A stretch of DNA of 64,000 nucleotides. It comes from the human T2T-CHM13v2.0 reference genome, Homo sapiens. The stretch lies in the NCBI RefSeq assembly GCF_009914755.1, contig NC_060926.1; one strand, 5' to 3'. Positions within the stretch are counted from its first letter, which is position 1; each line of letters starts with the position of its first letter. The notes under the pieces are model-generated. The model did no database searches. It was not told the DNA's origin and worked only from the letters and a program-made list of their open reading frames with translations. Made by a program: the position numbers and the translations under genes. Shown piece by piece: positions 1 to 16,089 of this stretch.

Positions 1-63
1 ACCAGGCTCTGCATGGTACAGTCCCGTGTCAGTCACTACTCTGATTCTTTAAATAGCTTTATT

Positions 64-635
<572 letters not shown>

Positions 636-929
636 AACCTCTCTGATTTTATCTACTTCTGAAACCCTGTTCTCTACCCATTTTCTCTTCCTCCTTGCGT
701 GCCTTGTACACCCCCAGCACACCTTCTTCCCAGGGTCTTTGCACAGTTTCCCCCAACCCCCAATCCAGCTTCCCTGATCTCTCCATGGCCACACCTCTCA
801 GGGAAGCCTTTCCTGAGTTCCCTCCTCCCCCCTGGCCCCGCCCCCACATGCCCCACTTAATTTTTTAAGTGTAATAAGTATATATTATCACATGGCACTA
901 ATCATCATGTATTCCATGTTTCTCTTTTA

Positions 930-1070
930 ATCATCTGTGTCCTCCTGTCACTCATGGAACATCAGCCCCAGAGGCAGGGCTTTTACCTCTTTTATTCCCT
1001 GCTGTACCCTCAGTGCCTTGAACAGCACCTGAAATAGAGAGATACTCCATAAATATTGTCAAATGAATGG
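930..1070 (+). mobile_element. L2 3' end fragment
   Basis: GAGGCAGGG..CTGTACCCTCAGTGCCT..ATAAATATTGTCAAATGAATG. Confidence 0.65.
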
Positions 1071-1175
1071 CAGGAATGGGATGTGAACACAAGTCTGTCA
1101 GACTTCAAAACCTGTGTCCCTAACTATCATACTTAAAGATCGTAGAGAATGCAAACGATTTAAACTCGTGGCAGT

Positions 1176-1478
1176 GGCTGGGTGCGGTGGTTCACACCTG
1201 TAATCCCAGCACTTTGGGAGGCCAAGATGGGCGGGTCACCTGAGGTCAGGAGTTTGAGACCAGCCTGGCCAACATGGTGAAACCTGTCTTGACTAAAAAT
1301 GCAAAAAATTAGCCGGGCGTGGTGGTTCATGTCTGTAATCCCAGCTACTCTGGAGGCTGAGGCAGGAGAATCACTTGAACCTGGAGGCAGAGGTTGCGGC
1401 GAGCCTAGATCACACCACTGCACTCCAGCCTGGGAAACAGAGTGAGACTGTCAAAACAAACAAACAAACAAACAAACA
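1176..1478 (+). mobile_element. Alu (AluSx-like) with (CAAA)n tail
   Basis: Complete dimeric Alu sequence. Confidence 0.97.
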
Positions 1479-1518
1479 CACTTGGTAAAAGTAAGAAAGG
1501 TCTAAAGCCTATGCCCAG

Positions 1519-1927
1519 TGTGGTGGATGCTGGGCTGCAGTAGAGGTGTTGATAATGCCAGCTCCCAGGAGTGTTGGCAGCTGGAGCTTGCAGCTGCATC
1601 TTTTCCAGGGTTTGCCCTGGGCTGAGGAGAAGCTGCCTCACTCAAGGCCATTACTACTTTCTAGAGCAGGGGCTGTATCCCATGGTCAATACAAGGGTAG
1701 CAACCTGCCCTATGCTCCAATTTCAAAGGGCCATCCTTGCTCCAGAGCTCCTTGTGGCATTGGTGGAAGCCATTGTTTCCACAGCATTAAAGTTCAGCTT
1801 CTTCCTCTATTCATCTGGCTTCCTGCTCTCCCCACACAGGTGTTAATCTTGACAGCATTCCCCAATAAACTTTCTGTGCACAAACTGCCGTCGTGGAAAC
1901 TGTTTCCTGGATAATGCAACCCGTGAT
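1519..1927 (+). mobile_element. ERVL solo LTR, LTR16-like
   Basis: TG start; 3' end CCCAATAAACTTTCTGTGCACAAACT..CTGTTTCCTGGATAATGCAACC resembles the LTR16 terminus. Confidence 0.55.
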
Positions 1928-2262
1928 GCTCAGAATAATTCATTCGATGGCTTCCCAAGGAGGTTGAAGGATCTATGGGTAGGTGGACACAGAACAAATA
2001 AGCTGGGCCCCTGAAAGCCACACCAACAAGCAGAGGAATCAATCGTACCTGTGTTTTCGTGACCCCAGCTCATCATATCCCTCTTAACAAACTAACATGG
2101 GAAGGAAGAGAATGTGATGTGCAGGGTCCACAGTTACCGCCACGGCTCTGAAGCATCCCTTGTGTGAAAACAGCTCCATTTCTTGGCCAAGCTCCATTTC
2201 AGACCCTGAGCTTGGGCTCCCTGTCTGTACTGTGACCTCACCCTGTGGAGTCCAACGTAGAG

Positions 2263-2421
2263 TGACTCATGAGTCATCAGGGGTTCGATCAACATTTCCT
2301 CTTGGCTACATATCCCACCCCCACCCCAAAGTCAGTGATCATCCCCTTTGGGAGCCTGGCTGCTGAGGGGGAAAGAAGGGGAAAGTGAGTCAGTCAAGAA
2401 ATGACAACCCCAAGGGGGCAG
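2263..2421. promoter_or_regulatory. AP-1 motif cluster, candidate enhancer
   Basis: TGACTCA-TGAGTCA at 2263-2276, TGAGTCA at 2386-2392, CTCF-like CCCCAAGGGGGCAG at 2408-2421; motif evidence only. Confidence 0.4.
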
Positions 2422-2593
2422 CAGTATCCCTGCCTGAAGTCTAGATAAGAACAGGCAAAAGTATTATTAAAGTCATTCTTTCCTGTCAGCCTTTTCAGTT
2501 GAATAAGAAATGGAAAGGTGGTACCCTCCCTAGTGTGGGAGCAACTTGAGGGCCGGTATCACTTGTTTTTTGTAATAATAAAAGCCAGTCCTT

Positions 2594-2892
2594 GGTGGGG
2601 TGTGGTGGCTCACATCTGTAATTCCAATGCTTTGGGAGGCCAAGGTGGGAGAATCACTTGAGGCCAGGAATTCAAGACCAGGCTGGGCGATGTAGCAAGA
2701 CCCCATCTCTACAAAATATATATTTAAAATTAGCCAAGGATAGTAGCACACCCATAGTCCTAGCTATTTGGGAAGCTGAGTGGGGAGGATCCCTTGAGCC
2801 CAGGAGTTCAAGGCTGCAGTGAGCCATGATCTTGCCACTGTACTCCAGCCTGAGCAACAGAGCGAGACCCTGTCTCAAAAAAAAAAAAAAGA
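2594..2892 (+). mobile_element. Alu (AluJ-type)
   Basis: AluJ diagnostics (GAGGATCCCTTGAGCCCAGGAGTTCAAGGCTGCAG); TSD AAAGCCAGT. Confidence 0.95.
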
Positions 2893-2929
2893 AAGCCAGT
2901 GCCCACATAGCGAGACTATGTCCCAAGAT

Positions 2930-3080
2930 CTGTTCTGAGTACTTAACATATATTCACCAATTGAATCCTCGTAACACCACAGTGAGGAAGAGACCATTAT
3001 TCCCAGCCCTGTTCTGCAGATGAGGAGACCAAAGCACAGAAAGCTAAAGAATGGATGGGTCTGTAACCTGCTCAGGCCAC
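2930..3080 (-). mobile_element. MIR fragment
   Basis: Antisense MIR core AATCCTCGTAACAC..CAGATGAGGAGACCAAAGCACAGA. Confidence 0.7.
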
Positions 3081-3773
3081 ACTGGTTATGAGTGGGTTCC
3101 ACCACCGTCCTACACTGCCGGTATGTATCATCCAGGGCTGAAGGCAGTGCCTGGCCTGGTGGGGTGCACTGCCCCTGTGGTCCTTCTCACAGCTGGCCAC
3201 ATACCCCTCAGATGCAGTGAGCGGCCCACCAGACACCTGGCTTACAGAGAACAGGGGTGAAGGAGAGCTGCAAGCCTTCTCTCAAAGCCTCCCTTCCTTC
3301 CTGGTGTCTGTGGGCTGAGTGTGTCTCCCTCTGGCTTGATTCATGGTTTTTGCTCTCTCTTTGGTGCATTCATTCTTTCCAGATTTTTTACTTTCTTTCC
3401 ATTCGCTCACAAGGGAAGACCTGCTGAGGGCGGAAACATCATGCATGAGTTAAAGGAGAACAATGGGTGAGAGGTGCCGAGTAAGCCTCGAGTGTGGCGG
3501 CTGTGTTGTGGTTCCCGAGCTTCCTCCACGCCGGATCTGATCTTCAGTGACGCCCAGCAGGGCCTACGGAGACATTCATCACTTCCTCCCTCAACGAAAG
3601 GTGTGAACCCAAGAAACTTTTCCTCTTCTATGTCAGGTGGTCCCTGTGCCGACTAGAGCAGGATCTATCTAGACTGTGGTTACTTACCTGTCCTTTCAGG
3701 GCGCCATTGTGTCCTTGTCCCTACAAGCCCCTACCCTACCCGACATGCACACAAGAATTTAGCGATTTGGGAG

Positions 3774-4866
3774 TTTTAGTTTTAGTTTTTGTTTTATTTA
3801 TTTATTTTGGAGACAGGGTGTCGTTCTGTCACCCAGGCTGGAGTGCAGTGGCATGACCGAAATGGTAGAGTTCCCTGATCCCCCCGCAGGATGCACAACA
3901 GGGGTGTGGCTCACCTGTTGGGTCGCCACCGCCACCGTTGCTCAAAGCCCTTAAGGGAGGGGGAGCACGCAGATGGACAGGTGCAGGGGCCCAAGTGGGC
4001 GTGTGTTACAATGTGCCCCTTTAGCCTTGCGGTCCATGGACGGCTCAAGTGTTAACCAGCTCCGTGGACCCTCTGCCTTTCCGCAAGGGCAGAGGGCCAA
4101 TGTGACAGCTTTCTGTATCCTAAGCTCTTGTCCAGCATCCCAGAAAAACCAGTCACACACGAACTTGAAGGATAAATGTGAGAATTTCACTGAGTAGTGG
4201 AGGTGGCTCTCAGCGGGGATGGATAGAGAGACAGAAGCAGGGGATGGAGTGGGAAGACAGTCTTCCCCTGGAGCCGGGCCGTCCAGAGCTGAACTCCTCT
4301 CCCACCACCAACAGCCCAACTCCTCTCGGCGTTCAGATGTTTCTCCTCTTCTGTCTTTCTCTGCCGCGCCCTCCATTCCACCCTGCATCTGCTTGTCTTC
4401 TCATCTTTTCACCTGCTTGTCTGCTTCTGGAGCCTGGGGTTTGGTGTTTATATGGGTACAGGATGGTACAGGATAGGGGCCATGGCAGGCCAAAAGGCAA
4501 CTTTTGGGGCGTGAAAACAGGAATGCCTGTCCTCGTTTAGGGCCACAGGTCTTCAGGCTTGAGGGTGAGGTCTTTGCCGGGGAACCACCCTGTTCTACCC
4601 AGTACTTCCTTGTCTCCTGTCCACATCACGATCCTGGCTCTCTGCAGCCTCAACCTCCCAGGCTCAAGTGATCCTCCCACCTCAGCTTTCCTAGTAGCTA
4701 GGGCTACAGGTATGTACCACCACTTCTGGCTAATTTTTGTATTTTTTATAGAGATGGGGTTTCCCCATGTTGCCCAGGCTGGTCTTGAACTCCTGGGCTC
4801 AAGCTATCCACCTGCCTTGGCCTCCCAAAGTGCTGGGATGTTAGACGGCAGCTACTACACCTGGCC
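3774..4866 (-). mobile_element. AluJ split into 3774-3857 and 4629-4866 by an LTR
   Basis: Alu stops at GGAGTGCAGTGGCATGAC and resumes at CGATCCTGGCTCTCTGCAGCC. Confidence 0.9.
3858..4628 (-). mobile_element. ERV1 solo LTR, MER50-like
   Basis: Minus strand starts TGATGTGGACAGGAGACAAGGAAGTACTGGGTAGAACAGGGTGGTTCCCCGGCAAAG; ~770 bp; subfamily from memory. Confidence 0.75.
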
Positions 4867-5109
4867 TAGCTGTTTGGTTTTCCCTGGGCATCTCTGCGTT
4901 GTGAGGCTTATTATTCCCAATTTACTCTCCTTGACCAAAGAGTGAGATCACCCTTGCAGGTTCTGCTTTGGAGATATGAGAAAGTCCAGACTTATCTAGA
5001 CTGATGTTTCTCAAGCTTTTTTCATTTTCACCCCCTCAGGAGCCTTGGAAGATATTTTTTTTCTTATCGCTCCTCTCCCCATGACATTACTGTATGTCAG
5101 CATATCTAA

Positions 5110-5499
<390 letters not shown>

Positions 5500-5659
5500 T
5501 CAATATCACCTTTTGGAAGTCCATGAGCTAGGCTCAGCCACTGAGTGCCCCACCAGGCCTTCTCTTCCTTTGGGGTGGCAGCTGTTGATGTTCCTGCCCA
5601 ACATGCATTACTTGTTCATGGTTATATATAAGCCCTCACCTACCTCTCTGTCAAACCTT

Positions 5660-6182
5660 AAGCCTGATGCAGTTTCACTCCTAGGTAGTTGCCCAAGAAA
5701 ACCTCAAGTCCCCAAGACAGCCAAAAGACTATTACAAGAATGCTCGCAGCAGCTTTATTCATAATAACCACAAACTGGAAACAATCGAAATGAACTTCAA
5801 CAAGACAATCAATATATAAGTAAATGGGGCTATATTCATACAATGCAATTTTACCAGCAGTAAAAAGGAACTAACTACTGCTACACATACAACATGGACA
5901 AATTGCAAAAGCATAGTATAAGTAAAAGGAAACAGATGCAAAAGAGTATGTGCTGTATGATCTATGAAGTTCAAGAACAACAAAAACTAGCCCACGGTGA
6001 CAGTCAGCATAGTATGTACCTCAGGGAAGACTTAGAGGGAAATTTTTCTTCCCTATCTTGATTTGAATGGTTATTCCACAAATGTGTAATTAGGTTAAAA
6101 TCTGTACCCTTATATAAAAATTCTAGCTATAATACACTTAAGATTTGTGTACTTAGCTCTATGTAAATTGTACCTTAAAATT
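5660..6182 (+). mobile_element. L1M (L1ME-like) ORF2 end/3' UTR fragment
   Basis: GCAGCTTTATTCATAATAACCACAAACTGGAAACAA..TATATTCATACAATG..ACACTTAAGATTTGTGTAC..TGTAAATTGTACCT. Confidence 0.8.
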
Positions 6183-6344
6183 TTAAACAGATCCTTGAAA
6201 ATTCCTTCAAAACATTCAGACAGGGGTTCCTGGGTAAGATGCATATTTCAGGGTCTCATCCAAGGACCTGCTCTATGGGCTGAGACGCTAAATCTTACCC
6301 ATGGCTCCAGGGATTCTGATGCAGGTTATCCTGGAGCTACACTC

Positions 6345-7322
<978 letters not shown>

Positions 7323-7704
7323 CTGTAAGACACACTGGTCAAGAGTTTCAGCAAAATACACTTACTGATTCCATCAGCTTCTTGGTCCATGTACCCATAA
7401 ATGGGAAAACATAAGTCTTAAGAACTTGAAGTGAATGAAACAAATATTGCAAAATGTTCCTTGAGAAGCACAATGGAAATAGACCCTGAAGTCCTGTAAG
7501 CCTAAATCAAATCAATATGCAGACAAACTGGCTTCAAGGGGTGAAGGTGGTAATGTTGCAGGCAAGCAGCAGGCAAAGAAAGGGGTCCTTATACCCAGCA
7601 GTGTCTCATGGGCTACAATTGAGTGTTCTGACTCCAGCCCACCCTACATCACTGTGCAGTAGAAGGCACAACGTTATATTTGGACGCTAATAGGAGGCCC
7701 TCCT

Positions 7705-7845
7705 TTGATGAGCTGTGTGACTTTGAGTAAGTTACTTAACAGCTCTGATCTTCAGTTCCTCCTCTGTAAAATGGGAATAGTAGAATTTACCTCAAGGGGT
7801 TGTAAAAATTAAAAGAGAGAAAGTATGCAAGGACTTTGTACAATG
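7705..7845 (+). mobile_element. MIR; its 3' end continues at ~8527-8560 after an LTR
   Basis: GCTGTGTGACTTTGAGTAAGTTACTTAAC..CTGTAAAATGGGAAT; CCTGGCATACAG after the LTR. Confidence 0.8.
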
Positions 7846-8526
<681 letters not shown>

Positions 8527-9006
8527 TATACCTGGCATACAGAAGGAGCTTGTTAAGTGTCGCTTTCTCCAATCTTTCCTGAACTTTAAGCTCCTGTTTG
8601 CACTAGCTTCAGCCCCTCATTCACACATTAAATAGTCACTGGCACCTATTCTGTACCAAGCACTGTGCCAAGGACTGGGACTGGAGGAATGAATGAGATG
8701 TAGACACTCAGAGTGGGGAGAACCACCTGGGGGGACAGGTACTGGGGATACCTTGTGATAAGGAGGATCATATCTCCCCAGTGTCAGCGTACTAGGAGGG
8801 GCTTCCAGGGCTCCCCTGAGTTGAGTTTAGCAGGATAAATAGAAATCACCAGCAAGTCAAATCACAAAGAACCCAGGGTGAGGAGAAGCTCTAGCTGTGC
8901 AGACTTTCTGGGTTCTCTTTCACGGCGTGCATTAATTCAAAAGCCAGTATCTAGTGCAAGATTGTGTGCCAGTCACCAAGCCAGACACTGAGGAACACAC
9001 GGATAC

Positions 9007-9078
9007 CTGAGACAGTTCATGCTCTCAGGAGACTCTTCATCTGAGACAATCCATGCTCTCAGGAGACTCTTCATCTGA
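9007..9078. repeat. 34-bp tandem duplication
   Basis: CTGAGACAGTTCATGCTCTCAGGAGACTCTTCAT followed by CTGAGACAATCCATGCTCTCAGGAGACTCTTCAT. Confidence 0.95.
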
Positions 9079-9158
9079 ATCAGGCCCTCCCAAAAGCACG
9101 AGGGTGGTAGAAAGCTGGGGATCAGAATTACAGAATTACACACATAATTTGTGAGGTC

Positions 9159-9569
<411 letters not shown>

Positions 9570-10311
9570 TAGTCCTCAGAGGAGAGAGATGAGGTCCTAG
9601 GTGCCTTTACTATTTGTCCCAGGACGTGGTAACAGTCTCTGGCCATGGAGGGAATTAGCAAGCAGTGCTGACTGGCCAAGTCCAACCCCCTCCATCCCCC
9701 TCAAATGACAGCAGTTAGGAAGTTCTGTTTCTTGAAAGCCCATTGCAGGAAACATTCCATGAGTGACAGAAATCATGCTAGATCTTTAGTAGGTTGGCAG
9801 CAGCTTTTTCCAGCTGTCTGAGGCAGGATCCAAAGGCTGTCGTGTCACTTTGTCATAAATCCAATCTTTTCAAGAAAATTTGTGATGCTCTGAGAAATTG
9901 GGCATCTTCTCTGGGACTGTGAAAGGTGGCTCATGCTGTGGCATGCTAGTAAATATTTATCATCAGCTCTCTAAGAAAAACAAAATGCCCTGCTTTGCAG
10001 TGTGTGCTGATTTCCCTGGTGCAAATACTGCCACCATAAGCAACAGTGCCACTAGACCAATGTGACATCACTGAATGTGCAGTTGGGAAGGGATATGCGC
10101 AGTCAGCCCATGCGAGCAGAAAGGAACCTTCTCCAACATGCCACTGAGTCATGCTCTACTTGGACCTGAGGGAACACTTGCCAGAATGATATGCAGATGT
10201 CATCTCAGTGATGAATAACAGCAGATTCTTAAAAGACAAAAAGCCTTGTTTGAAACACTTCTGGGCACTAGCATGACCTGCACCATGAGCTGGGTCCAGG
10301 CCTCTGTATTT

Positions 10312-11038
<727 letters not shown>

Positions 11039-11118
11039 ACTTCTTTGGACCAGGCTACTGCTTTCCACATGTCCCATCCTTTCTCTGCCTGGTCACCTCC
11101 TACCCATCCCCTAGTCTC

Positions 11119-11415
11119 TTTTTTTGTTTTTTTGAGACGAAGTCTCACTCTGTCATCCAGGCTGGAGTGCAGTGGCACACGCATGGTTCACTGCAGCCTC
11201 GATCTTCCGGGCTCAAGCAGATCCTTGCACCTCAGCCTCCCAAGTAGCTGGGACTATAGGCACATGCCACTGCACCCAGCTAGTTATTTATTTTTTGTAG
11301 AGACCGGGACTCCCCACGTTGCCCTGGCTGGTCTTGAACTCCTGGGCTCAAGTGATCCACCCACCGCAGCCTCCCAAAGTGCTGAGATTACAAGCATGAG
11401 TCATCGCACCCAGCC
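11119..11415 (-). mobile_element. Alu (AluJ-type)
   Basis: Full antisense Alu with J diagnostics. Confidence 0.95.
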
Positions 11416-11485
11416 ACTGTCCTTCTATTCTCAACTGGAATCACTTCTTCAAGGACGTCTTCTCACCCCCACCCCTCCACCTTAG

Positions 11486-11921
<436 letters not shown>

Positions 11922-13034
11922 TGAGAGCAGGGTCTGTAATCCCTGGTTCACACATGTTGGGAGTTCAGATAGTGGGCCATGGAGTGCATAGGTGAAGAAG
12001 TAACTGAACTGAAAAAGTACGGAGACAGGCAGAGCCCAGAACCAGCTTTTGGGATCACCCTCTGAAGCTCCCTCTCCCTCATCTTCAGTTAGAGGGGTCG
12101 ACTGGCGACCAGGTGACCTTTGTCCTAAGTTTCAAGATTCTGGCTCTAGTGTCAACTTAGCCACATGGTCATCATCCAGTAGGGGAGAAAATTCTCCAGC
12201 TCTGATGAGGAGGCCCTCTAGCCCAGCCACCACTACTAGCCTTATGTGGTGTATATAAATTAGACAAAGATCTCCCCATTAGCCAAATGTAGCTCCAAGG
12301 ACCCTTGACTTTGCTACAGGATGCTGTATTTGGTGAAGAAAAATGTACCTCTTCTCAGAGCACAAGACTTAGCAGACAGCACTGGGACTGAATTTCAGAT
12401 ATCACCACCCCCACAGTCCAGCATCTCTGTGCAGTGCCCAAACTGGCAGCCCTGCTGGCTCGGCCTCCGCAGGAGCCAGCCTTGCCCAGATCTAGGGGCA
12501 GAGAGTTTCAGGCAGAGGGGGACAGCAGTGTAAAGTTCCCCAGGCAGGACTGAGCTCAGGCTTTGAGAAATCAGAGGAGGCCTGAGTGGATGGAACTCAA
12601 TGGGGGGCAGGAAGGAGTGGAGGTATGAGGGGGTAAGGGCTTTGGGCTAAGCGAAGAGCTTATATTTTATTCAAGGTGTCTGTTGAACTGAATGGGAATC
12701 ATAAATTCAGATAAAACAGCGTATCTCATTTTTTAATCTATTGACAATGAATGCATAATAGACCCCGGGGGAATATGACAAGGTTGTCCCAGCCTTATGT
12801 AGAGGAGTTTGGGGACCACATCCTTTCCTAGGGCATGGAGGACCTGAGCCAAATTATATTGTGTACTCTCCTTCCACAGGCTCTCCTCCAGGTAAAATCA
12901 TATTAAAATATGCATCAAGGATGGCCTTAAGAGTGTGGATGTTTATTGTTCTGCCCATCTCCTTTCGTTTCTTTTGGGATTATTGTTTTCCCTATTCTGG
13001 ACATGTGGTTTGAATGGGGGCTGCCACGTTCATT

Positions 13035-13361
13035 CTTTCTTTCTTTCTTCTTTCTTTTCTTTTTTTTTTTTTTTTTTGACAGGATCTGCTCTGTCACCTA
13101 GGCTGGAGTACAGTGGTGCAATCATTGTCTCAATGCAGTCTCAAACTCCTGGGTTCAAGCCATCCTCCCACCTCAGCCTCCCAAGTAGCTGGGAAAACAG
13201 GCACATGCCACCACATTGGGCTAATTTTATTTTCTATTTTTATTTAGAGGCTGGGTCTGGCTTGGTGTCCAGGCTGGTCTCAAACTCCCAGGCTCAAGGG
13301 ATCATCCTGCCTTGGCCTCCCAAGGTGCTGGGATTACGGGTGTGAGCCACTGCACCCGGCC
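13035..13361 (-). mobile_element. Alu (AluJ-type)
   Basis: Antisense Alu; TSD GCCAC(G/A)TTC. Confidence 0.94.
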
Positions 13362-13494
13362 AGCCACATTCTTATAGAGCCTGCTCTTGGCCACAGTCCT
13401 GAGGTGGAAACTTGGTCCTAGCTAGGCCATTCAGAATTCTTCCCCAGGATTTTAAAAACATAGACCAGAGAGGTCTGAGTAATTCCTTTGTGGT

Positions 13495-14650
13495 GCATTA
13501 ATGTATTCAACATTTTTCTCTTTTGGGGTGAACACTTATTATAATACCGTGCTTAGGTATAAAAATACAGTAGTAAGAAAAGGAAAAGTCAAAGTCCCTG
13601 CCTCCCCAGAGCTTACAATCTAGTGAGAGGGATATGTGTGAGTCCAAAGCTGATGCAAATAAATATAAAATTACACTGAAGACAGATGCAAAAAAAGAGA
13701 GGCTGGTGGCACTTTGAGAACCTGTGGTGGGGGAACTACCTGGGGAAGTAGGTCAAGGATGGTTTCCCCAAGGAAACGATGACGGAGCTGAGATCTAGGT
13801 AGTGGGAATGGCATGTGAGAAGACTGAGTGGCAGGAGAGGGCATGGCAAGTGCAGGGAGAGCAAGAGGGCAGTGTGACGAGAGAGGGAGAAGGGTGCAGG
13901 GGGGCCAGGTTCCAGATAAGGCTGGAAGGGTAGGAGGAGGCTGTTATATCTGTTAGGAATTGTGTTTGGCTTCTAGTTATAAATAGAGGGGACTTCAATA
14001 AGATAGAAATTTATAATTTCTCACCTAAAAGTTGTCTAAAGCTAGGAAATAGGTACCTTTATCCCAAAATCCTTCTACGATTCTCTCTGCCATTTTGGGT
14101 GCTAGTTTCCATCTTCAAGTTCTCATAGTCTCAAGATGACCACTGTAGCACTAGCTATTATGTCCACATGCCAGGCAGAAGGAGGAAGGCATAAGGATGA
14201 AAATGGCAAAACATCCAGCTGAATCAGCCTTTTGTGAAGGACTTTTGCAGGAACTCAATCTAATTACTTCCATTTACATCTCATTGTCTACCTCTGGCTG
14301 CAAGAGATGCTGGGAAATGTCGTGTTTTCACTGAGTTCATTGCCACTTCCAACAACATGGGGATTCTGTTACCAAGAAAGAAGGGGAAAGTTTCAGATGC
14401 CTTTGAGATACCCAAGAGTAGATATCAGGAAGGCATTTGGATACACAGGCCTAGAGCTTGGAGAAAGGCCTGTGTTGGAGAATACATTTGAGAATCCTTT
14501 AGGTAGAGGTGGTGATTGACCTCACATGAGCAAGATCTCAGGGAGGGAGTAAGAGGGCTTAGGATGCAGCCTGGAGGAACTCCAGCATTTGATGGGCAGG
14601 TAGGGGGCTGAGCCTACTAAAGAGACAAAGAAGGAAAAGGATAAAGTCTG
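13495..14650 (-). mobile_element. L2 fragments, with a probable MLT1-type LTR inserted at ~13943-14375
   Basis: GTCCCTGCCTCCCCAGAGCTTACAATCTAGT and GGCATTTGGATACACAGGCCTAGAGCT are antisense L2; TCAAGATGACCACTGTAGCACTAGC is MLT1-like; heavily diverged. Confidence 0.55.
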
Positions 14651-15448
14651 GAAGATGTGAGGCTGGGGCACCACCATTGTGGGGAGAGCCCCTCTCCACA
14701 GAGAGAGAAGGAAGTGAGTTGGCCAGAGAGGAGTGTGGAATGGAGAGCAGGGGTGAGGGAGGGAGGGATTCGCTGGTTCCCTCATTCCTGATGCCCTGCC
14801 CTTCCTGTGATTTGGTTGTTGAACTTTCTGTTACATGCCTTCCAATCAATCTCCTCTTTTGTCTAAATCATTCTGAGCCTGTCCCTCTCAACTTTACTAA
14901 TACAGGTAAGTTCAGGACTGAGGAATGTGGAAGATAACTCAATCCATTGTGCCTTGTGAAAAGGGGAGGCAGCCTGCTGATTGCAAATGCACGTCTGTTC
15001 TTTTCAGCACCTTTGATGGGCCCACTTTTGGGCAAGTCCTAGCGTGAGCTCTCGAGGTCAGACCTTGTGTCTTCCTAGTGTGTGCTCATAGTAAGCTCTA
15101 TTTGTCTGAATGAATAAATGGTTGTGGAATGAGAACCACCATGGCATGCTTATTGTTCCAGCACTCATGAAGACACTGGTTTGGTAGAGTTGAGTTTGTT
15201 AGTCGTTCACTTCCCTTCTCCTCTTCCATTCAATCACTCTCTCAATGACTTCCAAGCCAGAAGTGCCATGCCATCTATTTTCTCACTACTGTGACAAGAA
15301 AACTCAATGGCAACAGAGAAATAAACAAGGATAAAGGCTTATTGCTAACTGCTAATTTTCTGACCACAGTATGGATCTAAAGGGCACATATGTCAGCCTA
15401 TGTCCCAATGAAAAAACGGGTTAATCACTATATAAATGACATTCCTGA

Positions 15449-15705
15449 TTTTTCTTTTCTCTCTTTCTTTTTTTTCTTTTAGAGACAGGGTCTTACTATG
15501 TTGCCCATGCTGGAGGGCAGTGACTATTCACAGGTGCGATGCTGCTACTGATCAGCTCGGGAGTTTTGACCTGCTCCATTTCCAACCTGGGCTGGTTTAC
15601 CCCTCCTTAGGCAACCCAGTGGTCCCCTGCTCCTGGGAGGTCACCACATTGATGCCAAAATCAGAGCAGAGCAGACACCTGATCAGCATAGCACATTATA
15701 GCCGG
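15449..15705 (-). pseudogene. RN7SL pseudogene: 7SL (SRP) RNA processed pseudogene, 5'-truncated
   Basis: Reverse complement carries the 7SL S-domain absent from Alu (GGTTGCCTAAGGAGGGGT..GGAGCAGGTCAAAACTCCCG..CTGATCAGTAG); A-rich tail; TSD CATTCCTGA at 15440-15448 and 15706-15714. Confidence 0.93.
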
Positions 15706-16089
15706 CATTCCTGAATTTTCATAGTGATGAATCAACTAATGATTTATACAATAATTCAACAAGCAGAAGTTTTCACCAAGCTTTCTATCCACTTGCCTGA
15801 AAGGAATTACAAAATCAGATCTGGCCAAGTGGAAGAAAGAGTTTTAAATAGTAGTAAAAGGGCTGTCCATTTTTTGGTGGGAGGAATGGTTTGAGTAGAC
15901 AGAGCTAACTGATAAACCATATCCAATTTCCATGTGACTTTGAGTTCCCTAGGTACTGGTATAAACAAGGATACAAAACACACACACTCTTTCTGCCTTA
16001 ACCAAACCAATATGTTCATGCTCATAGTCATTGGTCATCAGCTTTTCCAAAGCTCCTTTTCCAATCCAACTCATGACATATATCCAGTT

